Source of the DNA: Styela clava
Lineage: Eukaryota
Direction of reading: 5' to 3'
Assembly (NCBI RefSeq): GCF_964204865.1
Contig: NC_135258.1
Coordinates: 11,532,001-11,596,000, forward strand
Length of the DNA: 64,000 bases
Every line of letters starts with the position of its first letter. The first letter of the stretch is position 1. Below the pieces are notes generated by a model. It searched no databases, was not told the origin of the DNA, and worked only from the letters and a program-made list of their open reading frames with translations. Positions 27,461 to 41,600 of this stretch are shown here, piece after piece. The translations under genes and the position numbers were made by a program.

Positions 27461-27822
27461 TATGTGTAAACAAAAGCAAGGGGATATCTGGTGAAAACTG
27501 CTGAAAATAACGACCCGTTAAATATTTTGCAAGCCCTGATAATTACAAACTATAGAGTCGTTTGTTGTATATTATCTCAGGGCTTCTCAAACTAGGGGCC
27601 GCGGCCCTGGAAGAGGCCGCGAAACGAATTCTAGGGGCCGCAAGGAGAACACCAATTTTACAAAGTACTAAATCTTTTGCACTTTTTCAGACTCTTGATT
27701 CAAAATACAGTTATTAAAAATAGTGTAAAACAATAATTTCGCGATTTCGAGTTAAGACATCTTCATACCATGTTTCCCCGAAAATAGGAAATTGTCTCCA
27801 ATTTTCTTTCTATCGACTAAGA

Positions 27823-29257
27823 CAGGGGTGGGCAACCGCTGGCCTTCGGCACGCGATCCCATTTATTCGACACGCGAGCGAGGCCTCGGAAAGGGGATAA
27901 TTCTTCTTCAGATAAATAGTTTCAAGACGATGAATTATTTGATGAAACTAGGTGTTCATTTATTCATTCATCTTCTTCAGATAAATAGTTTCAAGACTCC
28001 GAATTATTTGATAAAACTAGGTGTTCATTTATTCATCATCGGTTGTCAACAATCCGTTATTCATTTGAACTCTTTTTGCCCTTTCATGAAATATGGCTAC
28101 AAAGAAATAAATTATGACATAACAAATGAGAGAGCTTTCGCGAAATTTTGTCGAGAACGAGAAGAGCGCAGCGTTCATTTGGATACATTCTTACTATAAC
28201 GGCTCAGCACCATACGATGGCGATGTGCTCGTTAGGGTGATTGGAATAAATAGATCGTACAGGCACTTTATATTTGATGACGCGGTTCTGTCTGAGTTCC
28301 TTTCAAAGTTCGAAACGATTGTCCAAAGATGTTTATTGTTGAGTCAAAATAGTAGTCAAATAATGATGAAATAGTTGTCAAACAGTAATCCGGTAAAATA
28401 CAGTGCTATTACACAGGAGGGACCAATAATAACTATACGAAACAGGGAAATAGAATTATATGATGTAAATTTAACCTACGCCTAATTAATAATACCAAAA
28501 GCCCCCCGATTGATTAAGATACAAATTTATACGTCCTACCTCCAAGCGGCTCACGCCGAAAGAGATCCCGCCAACACCAAAATGGTCGGGGTTCAATGCC
28601 CTAAGTTACAGTTGCCAGTTTAGTTACAATAATAGCGGTCACCGTTTAGAATCATGGCTGCTACACTTACGTAATATAGTTTGTATGTACCACCCTTTTT
28701 CGTCCTTTCTGTTTGATTTATGAAGTTGTACAGCACATGTTGGTTATAGTTACTTGGTCACTTACTGTTATAAATTGATTTCAAGAGAAATATTGGCGAT
28801 TAGGGAAGGGAATAGAATAGAGAAGTGCAAAAAACGAACTTGTGTGACTGGGATTTTTTCGTGTCTGAAAAACTTTGCAACTGCAATACTCCATGTTTTC
28901 ATCTACATATGCTTGTGAATCTCTGTTCTTAGTTATGAACTTTATCAAGTCTCGTAACAGTTCGTGTATTTCTTTGAAAGTTAATAATTTTAACCCAATG
29001 TAAAATTTCTATCAGCGGTAATGCAGCAGCAGAAGTCTCACTGATATAGAATAAGAAAAGTAAACAAGTCTATTTGTCGGAATGGTATTTTCCCGAGTAG
29101 TCAATCGGTCTGTATATGTTTAAAAGGTGAATTAATGTGTATTTTTGCTTTGAAAGTAGCGAAGCATTGTTTTTAATTTTGGTCGGCACGCGGAAGAATT
29201 TTGTCGTTAAATTCAGCCGATTTTGGCACGCGAGCCGAAAAAGGTTGCCCACCCCTG
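27823..29257. mobile_element. Non-autonomous hAT element (1.4 kb)
   Basis: 15-bp TIRs caggggtgggcaacc / ggttgcccacccctg; subterminal ggcacgcg repeats; TSD gactaaga/aactagga (6/8); internal ~70-bp tandem duplication at 27901-28037. Further hAT-like left ends lie at ~27578 and ~29268. Confidence 0.8.
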
Positions 29258-30467
29258 AACTAGGACTTAGTGGTTCTCGAACTTCATTGTATTGTGACGC
29301 CCTCCAAAAATATGCTCAAGTTGCGACTTCCGCTGCCAAGGTTTAGAAATGAACTTGTCGAACATCGTGTGTCTTGACTGAAAAGCGATCCTACAATAAC
29401 TTTTGCAGTATACGAAGGTTTTCTTTATCGCTGCATGAGTATAGTATGATAAATTTTATTCGCAACGATATAGCAGTTGCATCAGAATGTCCAATTTTTC
29501 CAATATATACTGAAGTTTGAGCGGTCATGTAACATTTATGGTTTGGGAATAGATAATACATTGATACTAGACATTTTTTGTGAAATTTTCAACACTTATA
29601 TACGGCTAAAAAATAAGGGAGGTTTTGGATCTGAATTGTATGATTTGAATAAAACTTAAATAAATGATGAAACATTTACTCCGGGTACACTTACATAATC
29701 GAATTAACAAATTAAATCGGACATGAAAAATACAAATTTTTGCGACGATTTTTAAGAATTCGTCGAAATAACCGATCTTATGGGCAGCGGCGTTTTTTTG
29801 GATGTGTGCGTGCAGTTATCTATATATTCAGTACTCGTTCGTTTTTTTCGCAAGACGTTATTACCGATCAATCGATTGCGAGCTATTTTGACGATTTTAG
29901 TCGATCGCGGTCGAAAACAGGTTGGACACCCGACCGCCCATGAACTATAAACCAACAAACAAAATCTAACAACAGTCAGTGAAATCAAACGTAATGAGCC
30001 ATGGTAGAGAATCCTGCTTACATAAATGCGAAATTGCAAAGGGGATAGTTTGCGAAACGCGTTTTTGAACCAAGGAAAAATCATATTTATCTACAGAAAA
30101 CCGAATTTTCAGAATTGAACTTATTTATTATAACACATTTAAGAAACGTTTCGACGCCCTAACAGAATTCAAACTAAATGCAGGCTACTTAATATCTTAT
30201 TTCAAATGCATGAACGTGAAATTTAGCTTTTATTCATTTCATATTTATTTATTCACACATTTCCAGAGCGAAGATTACAAAGGGGTTATAGTCCGGCAGA
30301 ATCGGGCCTTAACATTGTTTTGGGACATGATATTTTTTTTATTGTTTGGATAAATATATATTTATGATATTTAAATTAAATATAGATATATATATATATA
30401 TGTCGATGACATAAATAATGATACCCAGGTGGGTGTGGAGTATATAATGTTGAGCAATTTTTTCTAA

Positions 30468-30575
30468 GTGGATTTTAAGTATTCGTACCAAGATGATGCA
30501 CATCCTGAAACCTAACCTGGACACGTACAATGTTCAGTTTGTGCGCCATCCTGGTACGAATACTTCGGGAGCACC
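30468..30575. mobile_element. Short Merlin-like MITE copy (same family as 5350-5459); another truncated copy at ~32909-32997
   Basis: gtattcgtaccaagatg..cctaacctgg..catcctggtacgaatacttcgggagcacc. Confidence 0.65.
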
Positions 30576-33374
30576 TTTTTGTTAAAAACAATTATTTCAT
30601 TACTACATGGGTTAGTTTTGAATATATAATAACATTGAATCTTCTTACAATGTCAGAAATTTTAGTAGAATAAATGGTAGTTTATTTCACTAATATAAGC
30701 CAAGATCCATCGCCAGCATCTAGCCACTTTCTTTTGCGCTCTTCAAACTACATTTGTGTTGCCGCGGGCATTTCGTTTTCCTGCTTAAAGCTTAGGGACG
30801 TGGAAAATATTTTATTAGTTGAAATGAATTGGAATTATCGACCACGTCTTTCACTCCGAACAAGGCCATGTAAAACCGTTAACTGGTATCTAACGATAGG
30901 TAACGTGTTTTCTTTTGGAAGAACCGGAATCTTTCAGGTGCAGCATTGACTTTGGCCAAATTAATATATCCTTGTGGAGATAGAAGGTATGCGTATGCAA
31001 AACCGAGATGTGCACCTGTTATGCCAACATAATTGTTGATCACTATAGTAGATCACACACATTTCCTGCGTGCTTCGGTTGTATGTAGTAACGCGCACAT
31101 TTTTGCGAACATGCATCAAATTCCACTTGTTTATTGAGCTATAGGTTTTTGACGAGCCTTTGTGTATGATTTTATTCCATATAATTTGTATGCTGTTCTA
31201 AAAAATACTAGTTTCAGTTTTTTCATTCATTCAAACCGCGTGTTGGAAGAAAGTTTGGTATTATTGCGTGTTGGTTTTCAACTGGTTTGTTTATATCTAT
31301 CATTTGACATCCTTAAATCGGTGAAGCCAGTAAATCTTTAATACAAAAAGATCAGTATTATCTACAATAAAAACAGCAGTACCCACTCAAATGACAGCTG
31401 GGGGATGGATACTCATATTATCTGCTCCATCGCGTGCCTCTTACCAGTTTACATGGGTGCTAAGTGGTATCTAAGCTCAGCCAGAGACAAAAAGTTTCGG
31501 ACTGCGGTTGGCGTGACGAAACGTTTTTGAATATATATTCTAAAATAAGATTATTTGATTGCATATTACTGAAAGTTACGCCTTATATGTCTTTTCCCAT
31601 TGCACTATTCCTTTACTGATATTCGATAATATGACGCTCATCTGACATAGTTTTTGTGTAGTAATGTGTAGATAGGTTTAATCTTTTTCACGCTTTTCAG
31701 ATGGGAATGCACGAATATATCTAAAAATCGCTAATATTGGTTTGCAATGCAATGAAATCCCATTCTGGCATTTCTGCCTCTCGCAATTGCTGCGTATATT
31801 TATCGGAGAAGTTCTGTGGTGTGGTTATTAAAGGAATAAAACAAAAGAAAGGGAGTATTTTTCTACTTCTCTACTACTCTCAAACCTTAACATTTTGTGA
31901 ACAATTTTTTCCCTTTACCTTTCTTTAAAACATCCCTAACAACTACAATTAATTTTCTCATCAAACTTCCGAAACGAACACATAAAATCATCAACAGATG
32001 CATATCGTCAAGTCCTAATAAGTAGATTGCTAAATTGATCTTTATTTTACCATTTTTCATGTAATGCTTTTTGGTAAACCTGTTATCTATCGTATATACA
32101 GCACATTTGAATATGTTGTAGTGTAACTTTTTTGGCCTCACATTTTTAATATATATTTGTAGTTAGATCTCTTGCATGGGGCTCTGTCAAACAAAGTTAC
32201 ATACAAAATATTGGCTGTAAGAAACATGATCATTTTGTTGGAATACCTTGGCATTTTACCACCCGTATATCATTCGTTGTCGAGAATATCAATGAAATCA
32301 TAAAATCTAAAACCCGTTTTTGTGAATTTTTTGTTGTAGCTGAATTCGAGGGACAGCATGACAACAGGCAAGAGAAGCACGGTCGACTCTTTTAGTTTAT
32401 AGGGTTTCCTAAAAGGGGATCCCGGCCTCCTTGGAGGCCACTGATCGGTTGTCTAGGAGCACGGAAAAACAGATAAAAATGCGAATATATAATAACAATG
32501 TATTTTTATAGAAGAGAAGAATCAAAAGTGTTGAGAGTCTTTGGTAGTTTGAAAAGCATTGGCATGGAACAAAAGAATACATTCTTTCTCAGGGATATAC
32601 TATAAAATGTAGCAATTTTCTCATTTTTGTTCTCGTGATTGCATTACCTTTTAATGCATCGTTGTGATCATCCCGCTGCATAACAATCCTTGCTAGCAAA
32701 TAATTGACTGTTCTCCGCCGGGTGTATATCCACTTGAACCACTGCCGACTGCATTAGCGGGCTTGTATTGTTAATTGCAACATGCTTTGAAATAGTACTC
32801 TTTATTTTACGCGTATGTTTCAACAGTATTTCCATATATATGGGTGCGACTCAAAGCTGAGTTCAAAAAATACCTAAAAGTTATTGATTTTCATTTTCTG
32901 GTACATTTGTTGCTTCCGTAGTTTGTGCACCAAGATGGCGCACAAACTGTATTGCAACAGGTTAGGGTTCAGGTTGTGCGCCATTATGGTGCACCGATTT
33001 AACGAAAAACACTAATACAAATATGCAAACTCATGTAGAAATGATGGGCAATGACCCCAAGATGAATAATCACAAATAAAAAAAAACTTTATGTCTGGAA
33101 ACAAGGTTGCACCCAAAAAGGCCCCTTATCTGCCGGACTATAATTACTTTTGAATTTAAAGACCAAAATTATTTCAAATTCACTATTCTAGAACTGAAAA
33201 TGCATTGCAAAGCTTGGTTATGTGGAGAGTAAACATTTAAAGAAATATATTTGCTTTCACCTGAGATCAACAAACATATTCTAGTATGGAGAAACTATCA
33301 CTCAATATGCTAACCTTACTTGCTGTGTCATTTTAATGCATTGCTTTTGCGCTGCGAACTCGTGTGCAGTCACG

Positions 33375-36233
33375 ATGGCACAAACTAAAATTGTAAGAAA
33401 AGGATGGGTGACAAAAGAATTGGAAATCGAAGGAAAAACGGTTTTAATCACCGGTGCTAACACGGGCATCGGGTTCAGTACAGCACTTAATCTTGCAAAA
33501 CGTAAAGCAAAAGTTATAATTGCTTGCAGAAATTTAGAAAAAGCAGAATCAGCCAGGCAAAAAGTGAGTCTTGCTTTGTTTGTTTTAATTTCCAATCATG
33601 CTTCTCTTTGGTATTTTGACTATCCTACGCTGTTTGTGAGAATTTTATTTTTCCCGCCTTATATTGGTGACGTTTGCCGACGAGATTCACAAAGCCACAC
33701 ACTAGGACTAAAACAACCAATAATATATATATATATATATATCACGAAATGTAAGCCCGATAAACTAAATGCAGGCTAATTTTAAGTTTTCAATACCTTT
33801 GTAGCGGTTTTTACATGTATATACATGTCCATCCACAAAACGCTGTTTTGCCAACAAAGTGACATATATACGAGTATGTGGTTACAAAAACCATAATTCT
33901 TGGAAAATATTGTGATATATACTGACAAGCTTTTCAAGCTTGAATCAAAATAGATAAGTTCAGTTTTATAGCACCCTAGGTAAAGATAAATTAGAAAATT
34001 ATAACTGTTGGTGCTTTGTTTGATAGATTATAGAAGAAACGGGGTCGCACAATGTATTCATAAAACATCTGAATCTGGCATCGTTCGATTCCATTAGGAA
34101 ATTCTCTGCGGATATAAATGCAACCGAAGAACGACTTGACATATTAATAAATAACGCAGGTACGTGCATCGCGATAATGTAGTCTTGATATTCACCCCTC
34201 TACTCATAGGCTAATTTTCATATGTCAATAAATTTAAAGGTCTTCTATTGTCGACATATGAAGAAACTGAAGACGGATTTGAAATGCATTTTGGAGTCAA
34301 CCATCTGGGATCTTTTCTGCTCACAAATTTACTTTTGGAATTATTGAAAGTAGGCTGATGTATTTCTAATTTATTATAATTTGATAAACTATTTAAATCT
34401 TTCACATAAGCAATATTGCAAGCGGATAGCATGACACTTCACAAGTTTGGTAAACAGCAAAGTGGCTCGTTGAAGACCTAATTAGGTAAAACTTTCATGT
34501 AATTAGTTCATTGAACAAGGCTCCAATAAAGGCTTATAATCAAACAAGAAGGCGGACTCAGCATCTCAACTCTAAACCTTATACGTTTACTCAATAATAT
34601 TCAAGCTTCTTCATCGTTCCGCACCATATAGCATGGAATAATGTATAACTCGTTAAGCCTTTATTAAAGAATAGCAAAAAGTCCATAATGATTCAAATGA
34701 TATGTGACCGTTGTTTTTAAAATTGCGCTAGCAAATTTTGAAGGAACGAACTTAATCATTAAAATCATTTTCAGAAAAGTTCTCCAAGTCGAATCGTCAA
34801 CGTTTCCTCCGTCGGTCACAAATACGCAACAATTGACTGGGAAGATCCAAACGGAAAAAATAATTTTAGCCCGGAAGCATATGGTCGAAGCAAACTAATG
34901 AATATCTTGTTTTCAAGAGAACTCAGCAAACGACTTGATGGTGAGAAGTAATTTTCTATAATTTGTGCATGTCAAAAGTATAATTTTGTACGTCTTTATC
35001 TATATATTATGTAATTTTGAGTCATGATAATAGTATATATAATATTGAATTCAAATAACACTTCTTCAGTCGAGGCCCTTCGTATAAAAATTACCATTCT
35101 TGCGACAGACCTCATGTTCACCAAGACTCGCATCAGCCTGCGAACATCCAAATATTCTATTCTACTGACGACGACTTTATTTCTGATAGGTACTGGCGTA
35201 ACTTCGAATAGTTTACATCCTGGTGCTGTGAAAACTGAAATTGCACGTGATCTCAGTTGGAGCAAAGTGTCAGGATGTCTGGGATGCCTTACTGTATGTG
35301 CATTTAAAACATTTTCTGGGCTTATGATTAGCCCAGATAAAGGAGCACAGACTTCTATTTACTGCGCGATTGCTCCAGAACTAGAGGGGGTTACAGGAAA
35401 ATATTTCAGGTTAGTTATACTGTTATAAGAAAAATAAAGTACGATTATAAATGTTTTTCTGGTATACCCAAATCAAGTCATATAATTACTGCATCAGATT
35501 AGATATTGATTTGGATTTATATCCGCCATTATAAAGCAAATGAAACCAGAAGTAGATATTCAGTTTGATATTGAATTTAAAAGTCATTGAGATGTGTTGC
35601 GTCGTGTAGCTGTCGGAGTCTGATTTTTCAAAAGCTGACTGATATTGAAGTCGAAGCGTCGTGTCTCCTATCCTAAAATACTTATATATTGCATGTATAT
35701 ATTTGTATTTAAAGATTTAGTGATTGTGAAGTTGTGAAATATTTCAGGTTAGGTATACTGCTGTTTTAAGAAAACTGAAGTACGATTGTAAATGTTATTC
35801 TAGTATACCCAGTTCAAGTTATATATATATGATTACCTCATCAAATTATATGTTGATTTGAATTGACATTCACCAAAAATAGCTAATGAAGTCTTAAATA
35901 AATATTTTATACAAGATTTCAAAATATAATAATGAGACTATAGCGCAAGAATATACCATGATTTTTAATTATACATCCTACATTATACATTAAATTCAAT
36001 TTGAAACACGACCGAACAGGAACAATTAACTTACGAGACTTCCGCTGGAATACTTATATATTGTATGTATAATATATTTTTATTCAAACTTTAGTGGTTG
36101 TAAAGTTGTGAGAGAATCAAGCGACGCTAGAGATGATGAAAGTGCAAGTAAATTATGGAAAATTAGTGAAGAACTCACTGGATTGCACGAGACAGAGAAT
36201 TCAGGAAAAACAGAACGGGAAGATACAAAATAA
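33375..36233 (+). CDS. Retinol dehydrogenase 11/12/13/14-like SDR, copy 1
   Basis: Exons 33375-33563 ([11 protein letters not shown]), 34027-34159 (LNLASF..INNAG), 34240-34349 ([12 protein letters not shown]), 34775-34940 (RIVNVSS, YGRSK), 35190-35409 ([19 protein letters not shown]) and 36095-36233 (LWKISEEL..*). A possible extra 27-nt exon lies at 35721-35747. Confidence 0.9.
35721..35747 (+). other. Candidate 27-nt chimeric microexon between two duplicated copies of intron 5 of RDH copy 1
   Basis: tttag|TGATTGTGAAGTTGTG (exon-6-like start) + AAATATTTCAG (exon-5-like end)|gttagg; symmetric phase 2 with no stop codon. Confidence 0.6.
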
Positions 36234-38380
36234 AATTGAAAGGAGTGAATAAAACACAATTGCCGACTTTCAAATTATTACTAATTGATTATATTTTCTC
36301 TTACTTTGTTTGAAAAAATAACGATAATCGAACTAAGTTGTGAAGTTGATATCAAAGTTATTATATTAATTCCTACATAAATTTTTTTAACCGAAAAAGC
36401 ACAGAAACACAGACTGTTTTGTTTTTTAAAGCAGGAGATCTATGAAACAATTTAGTTCAAAACCTTATAGGATATTGTCGACATCAGGACATATGCGCCG
36501 TAATGAATTTCACTCCTACTCTTGAACTAATGCGGCTGTTGCTTCTATTTTCATCCCTCTCTTCGTTGGTATTTATAGTTCATTCATTCATAATTAATTT
36601 AATTTACCTAAACCTAGTAAAAGTTCACTAATAATTCTCCATAATATAAAAAATCTTTTTGTGGAAAAAAATACTCGTGGCCTCCTAAAGAGTCATAACA
36701 TTAAAATAGTAAATGCTTTTAAAAGCTTTTCTAAATTGTGGTCAAAAATTCAGCATCGCCACAGAAACCACGTTTTCAACAGTTTTTTGTTGTTCGCATG
36801 CATTTTCTTTTTATGGCCGATAGTTGGGATGGCCCGCAAGAATCAGTGATATGCTGACTATATATATACAAAAAAAAGAGGGCCGACATATATAGTTTCG
36901 CGAAGTTTATGAAAAATACCCATACTTAAAAACTATTTAGAGCCGGAAATATTTTTCACACATACTGCAATTATCCCCAAATTTCGAAAATTTCCCGTTC
37001 CGTCAAATTGTGTTTTAATCATCGTGAGTCATTCGTTCAAGACAAAACGAACCAATTGCAATTTAAAAAAAAACTCGAATGCTAGATTATTTCGCAAGTT
37101 GGTGCTTTACATTTATATATATCTCTATTTACAAATTAACGTAGACAAATCTCAAAGTTGTTACTGTTGCAAGTATTTAGTTACAACTGTATAATGCGTA
37201 TAATTTTTCTTTTTACATTTTGAGAAAGCTATCTCTGTTGTATCACCCATGTTGATGAGCAAAATATATTCACTACGAATTATAGAACAAGCGATTTATT
37301 CGATTGATACTTGAGAAAATATTAGAATTCATAGTTGAGATTATGTCTGAAATTACTAGAAAATTCTATCCGCAATATAAATTCTAATGTGGCACCATGA
37401 CTTAGCGTATAGCTTCATTAGTCAGCATAATTTTGAAATTGATTTGTGTTTTTATAACAGTCCAAAATTTTACATGTCTGAGCATGGCAAGATGATATAT
37501 TTGTCTCACTTATCTTGAAATGTTTTTTGGAATGATCAATCTTTCATGCATTGTAAATATGGTTTCACTTTGTTTGCAATCACGTTGGCTAAAAGCTAGA
37601 TCTGTTCAACAATTTGGCATACCATGTAATCGAACATTTTGTGGTGCTATAGTATTACAGGCGGGTTGCAAACTTGAGAAAAAAAGACATTTCCAAAAAT
37701 GATTGATTTAATTTATAACGTGAAGGCAACTTCCTGTAAATCGAATCACACTGACTATTTGGTATCCCTTCTTGGATATAAGATCGCGTTTGATAAAAAT
37801 TCCGAACTCGTGTGGAATCATCAAGAAAAATAACAAAATCAAAAAAGTTACGCCGAATCTCACTCCTAACCAAATTAGAACAAATTAGTATTATCAGTGA
37901 ATGGTCGTATTTTGGTTAAATAATATTAATTTAAATGCTAGTTTCAATAAAACAGTTAATGTTTTTCGATGTCTAAACGGTAAGAAGGGAAAAGAATTAA
38001 AGGAAAAATCATAAAAGCGAGTGCTTATGTGAAAACAGTTCCCGCTGTATTTGCAAATTATTTGTATTCATTAGCAATCAATGAAAGATGTTCTCCGTAT
38101 TATTCATAGTCTCGGCTTATAAGAGTTTGCATGAGCCTAAAAATGAGTTTCTTTCAGTGACTATGCGTTGAATAAATATAGCTAATAACTGTAAGAATGC
38201 AGTATATATATAAATGTACCAGTTCATAATGGAAAAGAAAACGTGACAATTTCGAACAAAATACATGGAAGTAAAATTAACCATTAATGCCATTTGTGAT
38301 ATTTGTAAGATAGCGTTCCCGCGCTATCTTGCTTATTGTTTCTTATTCGACCGAAGTAAAAGGGTTAATAAAAATCTAGT

Positions 38381-38391
38381 ATGACTCAGCA
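38381..38391 (+). promoter_or_regulatory. Antioxidant response element (CNC/sMaf) upstream of RDH copy 2
   Basis: Perfect ATGACTCAGCA 285 nt before the ATG; conserved at 49005-49015 in copy 3. Confidence 0.5.
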
Positions 38392-38665
38392 TAATAACGA
38401 GATTGTGACGAAATCTTATTTATCATTAAAGACCTTCGCCAAGTGTGGTAGAATAGTTGCCGAGATATTTTATATATTGAGTCATTGACAAAACTTTGTG
38501 AATCGACTATTTATACTTGCTCAATATAAATAATGGATTTGTTTGCTATCACCATTACTATAAGCCACAGTCCGATCAATAGCTTGTCTTTGAATAGACT
38601 GGCTTCAATCGTTGAGTTGTTTTGTTGTAATATTTTTGAATAGTGGGTCTTTATGTGGAGATCAG

Positions 38666-41600
38666 ATGGCGCCAACCAAAAGTGCAAAAAGCGGTAGAGT
38701 TACCAAAGACTTGGAAATAGCTGGGAAGACTGTTTTAATCACCGGCGCAAACACCGGAATAGGTTTAGAGACTGCAATTGATCTTGCGCAACGAAAAGCT
38801 AAAGTCATAATAGCTTGCAGAAATTCACAAAAAGCAGAATCGGCGAAACAAAAAGTAAGTCTTTACCCTTTCTTTCTTCTCTTTTTATATTTGGAGTTTA
38901 ATTAATGAAACGGCAATCTAATATAAGCACCTCACAAACTTGATGAGTCTAAAAGCCCATCTGCAATCCATTCTGCAAGCTATTTGAATTACGATATTCA
39001 CATCCATTAGATCAGTGGTTCCCAAACTTTTATTTCGCGACCCCAATTGTCATAAAATCAAAGCCTACAGATACTCGCGACCCCACAACTAGGAACGTTC
39101 AGCAACCTGGAAAATTAATATATATATATATCGTCACGCTAATAACCGAATTGCGTAAGTCATTTTTAGCGCAGTTTTGAGAAAAACGTAAAAAACTTCC
39201 TAATGATATTGTTATGCCATTGAGAGTCAATAATTTGCCATGGTTCAATTTTTTTGATCGTAGCCGGATTTAAATTAATTTGTATGACGCAGTTAAGTGA
39301 CATCATAATGGCGCACTATGACTTAGGCAGAAATGTGTCTATGACTTGGGGACATACGCAATTTTGCAACTTTACTATATGCACCAGTCCTGAAAACTAA
39401 ACATTCCAAAAACGAATGTAATTCTCAGTATCTTCAATGTCTAATCCCCCAAAATAGCTAATCAGTTTTCAATTACATTATTTTTTATGTTTAAAAATAT
39501 ATATTTTATCAATATAACACGTTCTGCACACCTACCGAAATAAGACTAAGATTAAATATAAAGAATAAAACAGCAATACACCCAATATAAAAGCCAACCA
39601 AGGTGAATTGGACTCGGACAGTGAATATCACAAGTGCACGTCTTCTTATACTGTAGTATAAATTCAAATTAATACGCGCTAAGTTAGAATCCGAGATGCA
39701 AAAACTCGAAAATACTTCGGCGAGGTTATTTTGCCTTTGTGACGTCACAATAGTCCTGCGGTAACAATGATAAATCATTATGACAAAACAATTGCACAAA
39801 TGTACATGTCATACTAAATCTCCATTTTCATGGGTTTCGGAATTCTTAAAATAAAATCTGAGTTAACAGACAGGTGCGCAGCATTACATAAATACCTATT
39901 TTATAAAAAACTCAAAATCGCCAAAAGTGACTTACGCAATTCGGTTATTAGCGTGACGATATATAACTTTAATTACAATGTACCCGTATATCGACTGAAA
40001 GTGGATGTTGGCGGGGAACATTAGCACAAAAAATATATGAACGATTACGGCAATAGCGCCGGAAAAACAGGGAAACCTAAGAAGATTTGATAACACATGG
40101 CATCGTATGAAAACCACGGTGCAAAAAGTCCTTAGATCAGAATTATAATGGTTCTTTGGCGAAACATAGACGGACTCGATAAGATGTTGTAGATTGTAAG
40201 GAAGCGTACGATAATTCGGAAATAGTAAGATTGCTTCTAAATATACATAAATTTTAAATCCTATTTAGTATATTCCAACAGTGTCTTTATTATTTTCAGT
40301 TCAACATTAAAAATTGCACCATTATCAATTCGAACGTAAAACAGAGCATGGAATTAATATAGGAAAAAACGTGTACGGAATCACATATTTTAAGTGACTT
40401 TTATTATGCTAGAACTTGTTGTTGTTTCGTGTTTGACTGCTCCGAACGCTTCGAAATTATGTATTAAACGTCTAAATACGTAATATTGCAATACGAAAAT
40501 GATCACTTTCATGTGGACAAAGCACGTACCCTACTCGCAGATTTTAGACACGTTCGCGAATTAACAAAGCGCTTTCGCAACTGATCGACACTTAAAGTGT
40601 AATTACTCGGCCAAGACACCGCCTTGCAACCAATACCATACTTATCAAACACCTGATTAAGGGCCAATCGCCAAAAGAGCAACTTTGCTTTGTATATATA
40701 TTCAATAACCAAGCGGCTACACTGGTACAAAATAACAAACCAAAATAATTTTTCGCTGTCTGGCAAAAAATCAGATTCGCGTACCGGCGGGTCAACTACT
40801 CATTCGGATGCAACATGATCGAAAAACCAATAAAAAGGAAAATATCATTGGCGCTTGTGCCACAGTCAATCAATTACGTTTACTAATAATTAGTACTTGC
40901 TGACCAGCTGGAGAGGGACCGCATGAAAGATTTACCGAGCAATTTTGGCGCCGTTTGAACAAAAATGGTCGAGTTATTGCTGAAAAATCCGAAGTTACGC
41001 ACTTTTACGGTATTTGCAACTATTACAAATTCCACTTTCCAAGTTTCTAAACCTAGTCAATTGTATGCATATGTTTGAAAAAAGTAGGCGACCCCGGAAA
41101 ATCTTCACGCGACCCCATCCAGTGTCGCGACCCACAGATTGGGAAAAACTGCACTAGATGACATGCCGAATTAGTTGATTGCATTTTCGGTTTGCTTCGA
41201 ATCTTTTGGACAGCTAGGAATACTGACGAACATATCAGAATGCTAGAATTCAGATGAGGTTTTTAACCCGTAGTAGTATATATTTGCGTTTTAACTACAC
41301 TATTTCGTTGTCTATATTCCAATAAAGTTGCCAAGTCAATGTTCCAAAGTCTAAACAACAACCTAATATACATCTCAATTTTATGAAGTTAGTTTTCCTT
41401 TGTAGATTATAGAAGCATCGGGCTCAAACAATGTCGTTGTGAAACACCTAGATCTGGCATCATTCGAGTCGATCCGAAAATTAGCTGCTGATATAAATGC
41501 GTCTGAAGAACGACTTGATGTATTAATAAACAATGCAGGTACATAGTAGATTCATTCTAATCAAAACAAGAGAGCAAAGTTCAAATATATGTACGCGAAG

